The position numbers and the translations under genes are program-made. A stretch of 36,509 nucleotides of DNA, from positions 1 to 36,509 of the forward strand of contig JAYEMF010000103.1 of assembly GCA_034717975.1 (NCBI GenBank), read 5' to 3'. Source of the stretch: Campylobacterota bacterium (GTDB lineage: Bacteria > Campylobacterota > Campylobacteria > Campylobacterales > Sulfurimonadaceae). Of the stretch, positions 33,949 to 36,509 are shown one piece after another; position 1 is the stretch's first letter; every line of letters starts with the position of its first letter. The notes under the pieces are model-generated. The model had not been told where the DNA came from and did not search any database. It saw nothing but the letters and a program-made list of their open reading frames with translations.

Positions 33949-34956
33949 ATGGGACTAAAAGAACGAATAAAAAGCTTGTTTCGCATAACCGGAACAGAAA
34001 AAGGGCTGCTTGAACTAAAAGAGATAAAGCAGCAGTTTATCCTTGTGGGTGTCGGCCTATTGCTTATCTTCCAAGTGGCTATAGGTTATATTGTTTTGGC
34101 TGAAATGGGAATGTTGACTCCGGCAATCAAAGCAAAATATGATAAAAACGTGGCGGTTCTTATGCTTGATAAGCCGATTACCAACCCCTATATTAACACT
34201 ATTATTGAGCGCCTTGAAGAGGTTAGGGGAAAAAAAGAGGAGTTCCCCCACTTAATGATTGTCGTGGCGAGCGGCGGCGGTTCCCCGCAGGGATCATCGG
34301 AGCTTGCAAACTATCTCGTCGATCTTCAAAAAGAGATAAAAGTAACCATGTATATCGAGAGTGTGGCCGCCAGCGGAGCATATTACATTGCTTCTGCCAT
34401 CAAGCATGATCCGAACGACAAATTGTCAGGCATCATTGCCAACGAGAACGCGATTGTTGGCTCTATCGGTGTCATTTTGACAAATCTGGTCTACAAGGAC
34501 GCGGCAGATAAGCTGGGTATTAAACAAAACGAGATTACTATCGGGAAGTTTAAATCACCTATCAGTGGATGGAAGAATTTAACACCGGATAACGAGCTGT
34601 ATCTTAAAAACCAGCTATTAGAGCCCGTATACAATAACTTTCTCAAGTTTGTCAGCAAGGGGCGCGATATTCCAATGGACGAGCTCAAAGAACTTGCGGA
34701 AGGCAGAGTCTATATTGCTACCGAAAGCGTAGGGAAACTTGTTGATCGCGTGTCATACCTAACGCAGATTAAGCGCGAGATCAAAGAGAGCGTAGAGGTT
34801 GCCAATCCGGACGACGAGGTAGGCTTTGTGCCCGTCAGCCTTTCGCGCAAGCGCGGTTCATTGTTTAATGTCAGTCTTAATATCGAGAACCTCTCAGTCG
34901 GCAGTGACCTTGCCGGCTCAATTAGAGGCGATTCCCAAAACTATGGGATGCAGTAA
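33949..34956 (+). CDS. sppA: S49-family serine peptidase (SppA-like)
   Basis: One TM, SGGGS, AASGAYYIA (Ser), VGSIGV, GKFKS (Lys), GRVY, LVD. Confidence 0.9.
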   Translation: MGLKERIKSLFRITGTEKGLLELKEIKQQFILVGVGLLLIFQVAIGYIVLAEMGMLTPAIKAKYDKNVAVLMLDKPITNPYINTIIERLEEVRGKKEEFPHLMIVVASGGGSPQGSSELANYLVDLQKEIKVTMYIESVAASGAYYIASAIKHDPNDKLSGIIANENAIVGSIGVILTNLVYKDAADKLGIKQNEITIGKFKSPISGWKNLTPDNELYLKNQLLEPVYNNFLKFVSKGRDIPMDELKELAEGRVYIATESVGKLVDRVSYLTQIKREIKESVEVANPDDEVGFVPVSLSRKRGSLFNVSLNIENLSVGSDLAGSIRGDSQNYGMQ

Positions 34957-34979
34957 GATAAAATAAAAAAGGACGGATT

Positions 34980-35900
34980 GTGAAATTAAAATCAACCATT
35001 ATTATAGTGACAATCGCTACGACGGCATTGACATTTAGTGGGTGTGGAGCGAATGCGATGGCGGCGAAAGATCCGTCTAGAATCGAAAACCCGCAAAACC
35101 TGAAAGATGTTATTGCTGCGGAAAAGAAGATGGCGATTCTTGCAGAAACAGACAAAAAAACTACCATTCTTATGAAATCGTCAGTGAACGACGAATCCAT
35201 TTTTTATGCCCAAGCTACTAATAGCCTTAAGGCTTTTGATGGATATTGTAAAAAGCAGGGTGGAGTGACTATTTATGGAAAAAAAGCGGGAGATTTTTTA
35301 AATAATAATACTCCTGCTGGAATATCAAGCGCGTTCCTGGACACTGTTCTAAAAGATAGCTATGCCGAACAGGGAAGAAGAGGCATGAAGTCATATTTGG
35401 GATGGTTTGAATGTCTATCGGAGGTCGATGGGTTTCGGGTCGATATTAAGAGCAGCAACTTGATGAGTAACCCTAAATACTTCACTATCCACCACGACAA
35501 AGCTCAAGAGCAGGGCTATGCGGTCTTGGGTTTTAAAAACGAATTTAAAGAGGCGGATATCAGCGAGATCGAGAACTATAAGTTCGCTCCAAATGTCATT
35601 GCCATGATGGACGGTTTCTGTCAAGCAAAAGGGGGCGACTTTTTTGTGCAGGTCCCCACTACGAACGGAAAAGCGCTTAAAGCAGCCAACTTCTTAATGG
35701 AGTTCGCAGATCCTAATAGCAAGAAAGGGTACATAGTGCAAAAAGAGGGAAAGATGTGGTGCGTAGATACAGAGAATATTAAGAATGAGTTTACGGCGAA
35801 TGTGGCTCCATTGAAACTGCAACGATCAGGGAGTTATCGCATGACAACCAACTGCGATCTTATCCGGGGCGTAAATAAAAGCGAAATGGTAAGGAGATAA
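34980..35900 (+). CDS. Hypothetical lipoprotein with an internal two-Cys repeat
   Basis: Lipobox TFSGC; FDGYCKKQGG...WFEC and MDGFCQAKGG...MWC. Confidence 0.75.
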   Translation: MKLKSTIIIVTIATTALTFSGCGANAMAAKDPSRIENPQNLKDVIAAEKKMAILAETDKKTTILMKSSVNDESIFYAQATNSLKAFDGYCKKQGGVTIYGKKAGDFLNNNTPAGISSAFLDTVLKDSYAEQGRRGMKSYLGWFECLSEVDGFRVDIKSSNLMSNPKYFTIHHDKAQEQGYAVLGFKNEFKEADISEIENYKFAPNVIAMMDGFCQAKGGDFFVQVPTTNGKALKAANFLMEFADPNSKKGYIVQKEGKMWCVDTENIKNEFTANVAPLKLQRSGSYRMTTNCDLIRGVNKSEMVRR

Positions 35901-35901
35901 A

Positions 35902-36509
35902 ATGCGTTCACTAATTACTGCTGCACTTCTTGTTTCGTCCTCTTTTCTTTATGCGGAAGAGGCGACAACTTTAAAGCAACAGCTTAATGCCTCACCTGAT
36001 CTTCTTATAATTGCGGAAGAGGGCAGTGCTTCCGCTCTCTACTATGGAAGTGAAGATATGCCTCTGTCCACAATCGGCGCAATGGATCGATCCTGCCAGG
36101 GCATCGGAGGTGTCGGGATCATAGGGAAGCAATCAGTAGGTGCTCTGGCCTCCGAACTGCCAAACAATGAAAGCGCTCAGGCATACATGAATATCTTTAA
36201 GAACTATCCGGAAAAAGGCGTTGCCATCTACAATGGCTGGTTTAGATGTATTGCCGACAAAGGAAGCTTTGCTGTAAAAAAACAGTCGCAGCTCCCTTTG
36301 CTGATAATTGAGGAAAATATTGCCTCTGCCCATTTTGAGGCGTTTGATAACTACAAGAGTTTTGCAAATGAGAACAATTCTGCTTTTGCACGGCTTGTTG
36401 ATGCTGCTGCTGACTGTAAAGCCGATCGAGGCAGAGGGGTGATCGTAGGTGATTTTAATGGAAAAATACCGGTCCCGGTAAGCTCTTTATTTATGGCAAC
36501 AGCCAATGG
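35902..36509 (+). CDS. Exported protein truncated by the window edge; paralog of 34980-35900 (absent from the ORF track)
   Basis: RBS AAGGAG, ATG 35902, frame open to the edge: MRSLITAALLVSSSFLYAEE...MDRSCQGIGGVGIIGK...YNGWFRCIAD. Confidence 0.75.
   Translation, partial: MRSLITAALLVSSSFLYAEEATTLKQQLNASPDLLIIAEEGSASALYYGSEDMPLSTIGAMDRSCQGIGGVGIIGKQSVGALASELPNNESAQAYMNIFKNYPEKGVAIYNGWFRCIADKGSFAVKKQSQLPLLIIEENIASAHFEAFDNYKSFANENNSAFARLVDAAADCKADRGRGVIVGDFNGKIPVPVSSLFMATAN

Noticed and set aside
35091..35116. CCGCAAAACC partial match to the tra promoter motif (also GCGCAAAATA near 21391)
   Set aside because: Inside coding sequence and lacking the correctly spaced CG and TAT elements.
1..36509. 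Integrase, att sites, transposases, tRNA/rRNA and defence systems
   Set aside because: None recognised, so plasmid versus ICE cannot be decided from this window.

Overview
The window holds most of an F-type type IV secretion (tra) region of a conjugative plasmid or ICE. The host is probably Campylobacterota, inferred only from the AHQWKQPL H-box style of the histidine kinase. The transfer genes form three + strand blocks: traG-traF (6087-10624); traW-lipoprotein-traU-trbC-thioredoxin-hydrolase-peptidase-topoisomerase-ATPase (10694-19950); and traA-L-E-K-B-dsbC-traV(split)-traC-trbI-S26 peptidase-traH-traN(split) (20119-33544). No relaxase or membrane-anchored coupling protein is visible. The best candidate for a new system is a self-contained transcription module: a small sigma70-family gene (2555-3118) coupled to a truncated NusA paralog (3111-3839). 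A conserved promoter-like motif (TACGCAAAACG-N7-CG-N3-TAT) precedes each of the three tra blocks and, in degenerate form, the sigma gene itself. A divergent two-component pair has a response regulator ending in a ribbon-helix-helix-like domain, next to three palindromic operator candidates. Other points of note are a TraN with an N-terminal C-type lectin domain (EPN motif), TraV apparently split into two lipoproteins, degenerate motifs in the topoisomerase and HerA-like ATPase, and a 17/19 Fur box before the final accessory operon. All family assignments come from motif recognition by eye; no searches were run.
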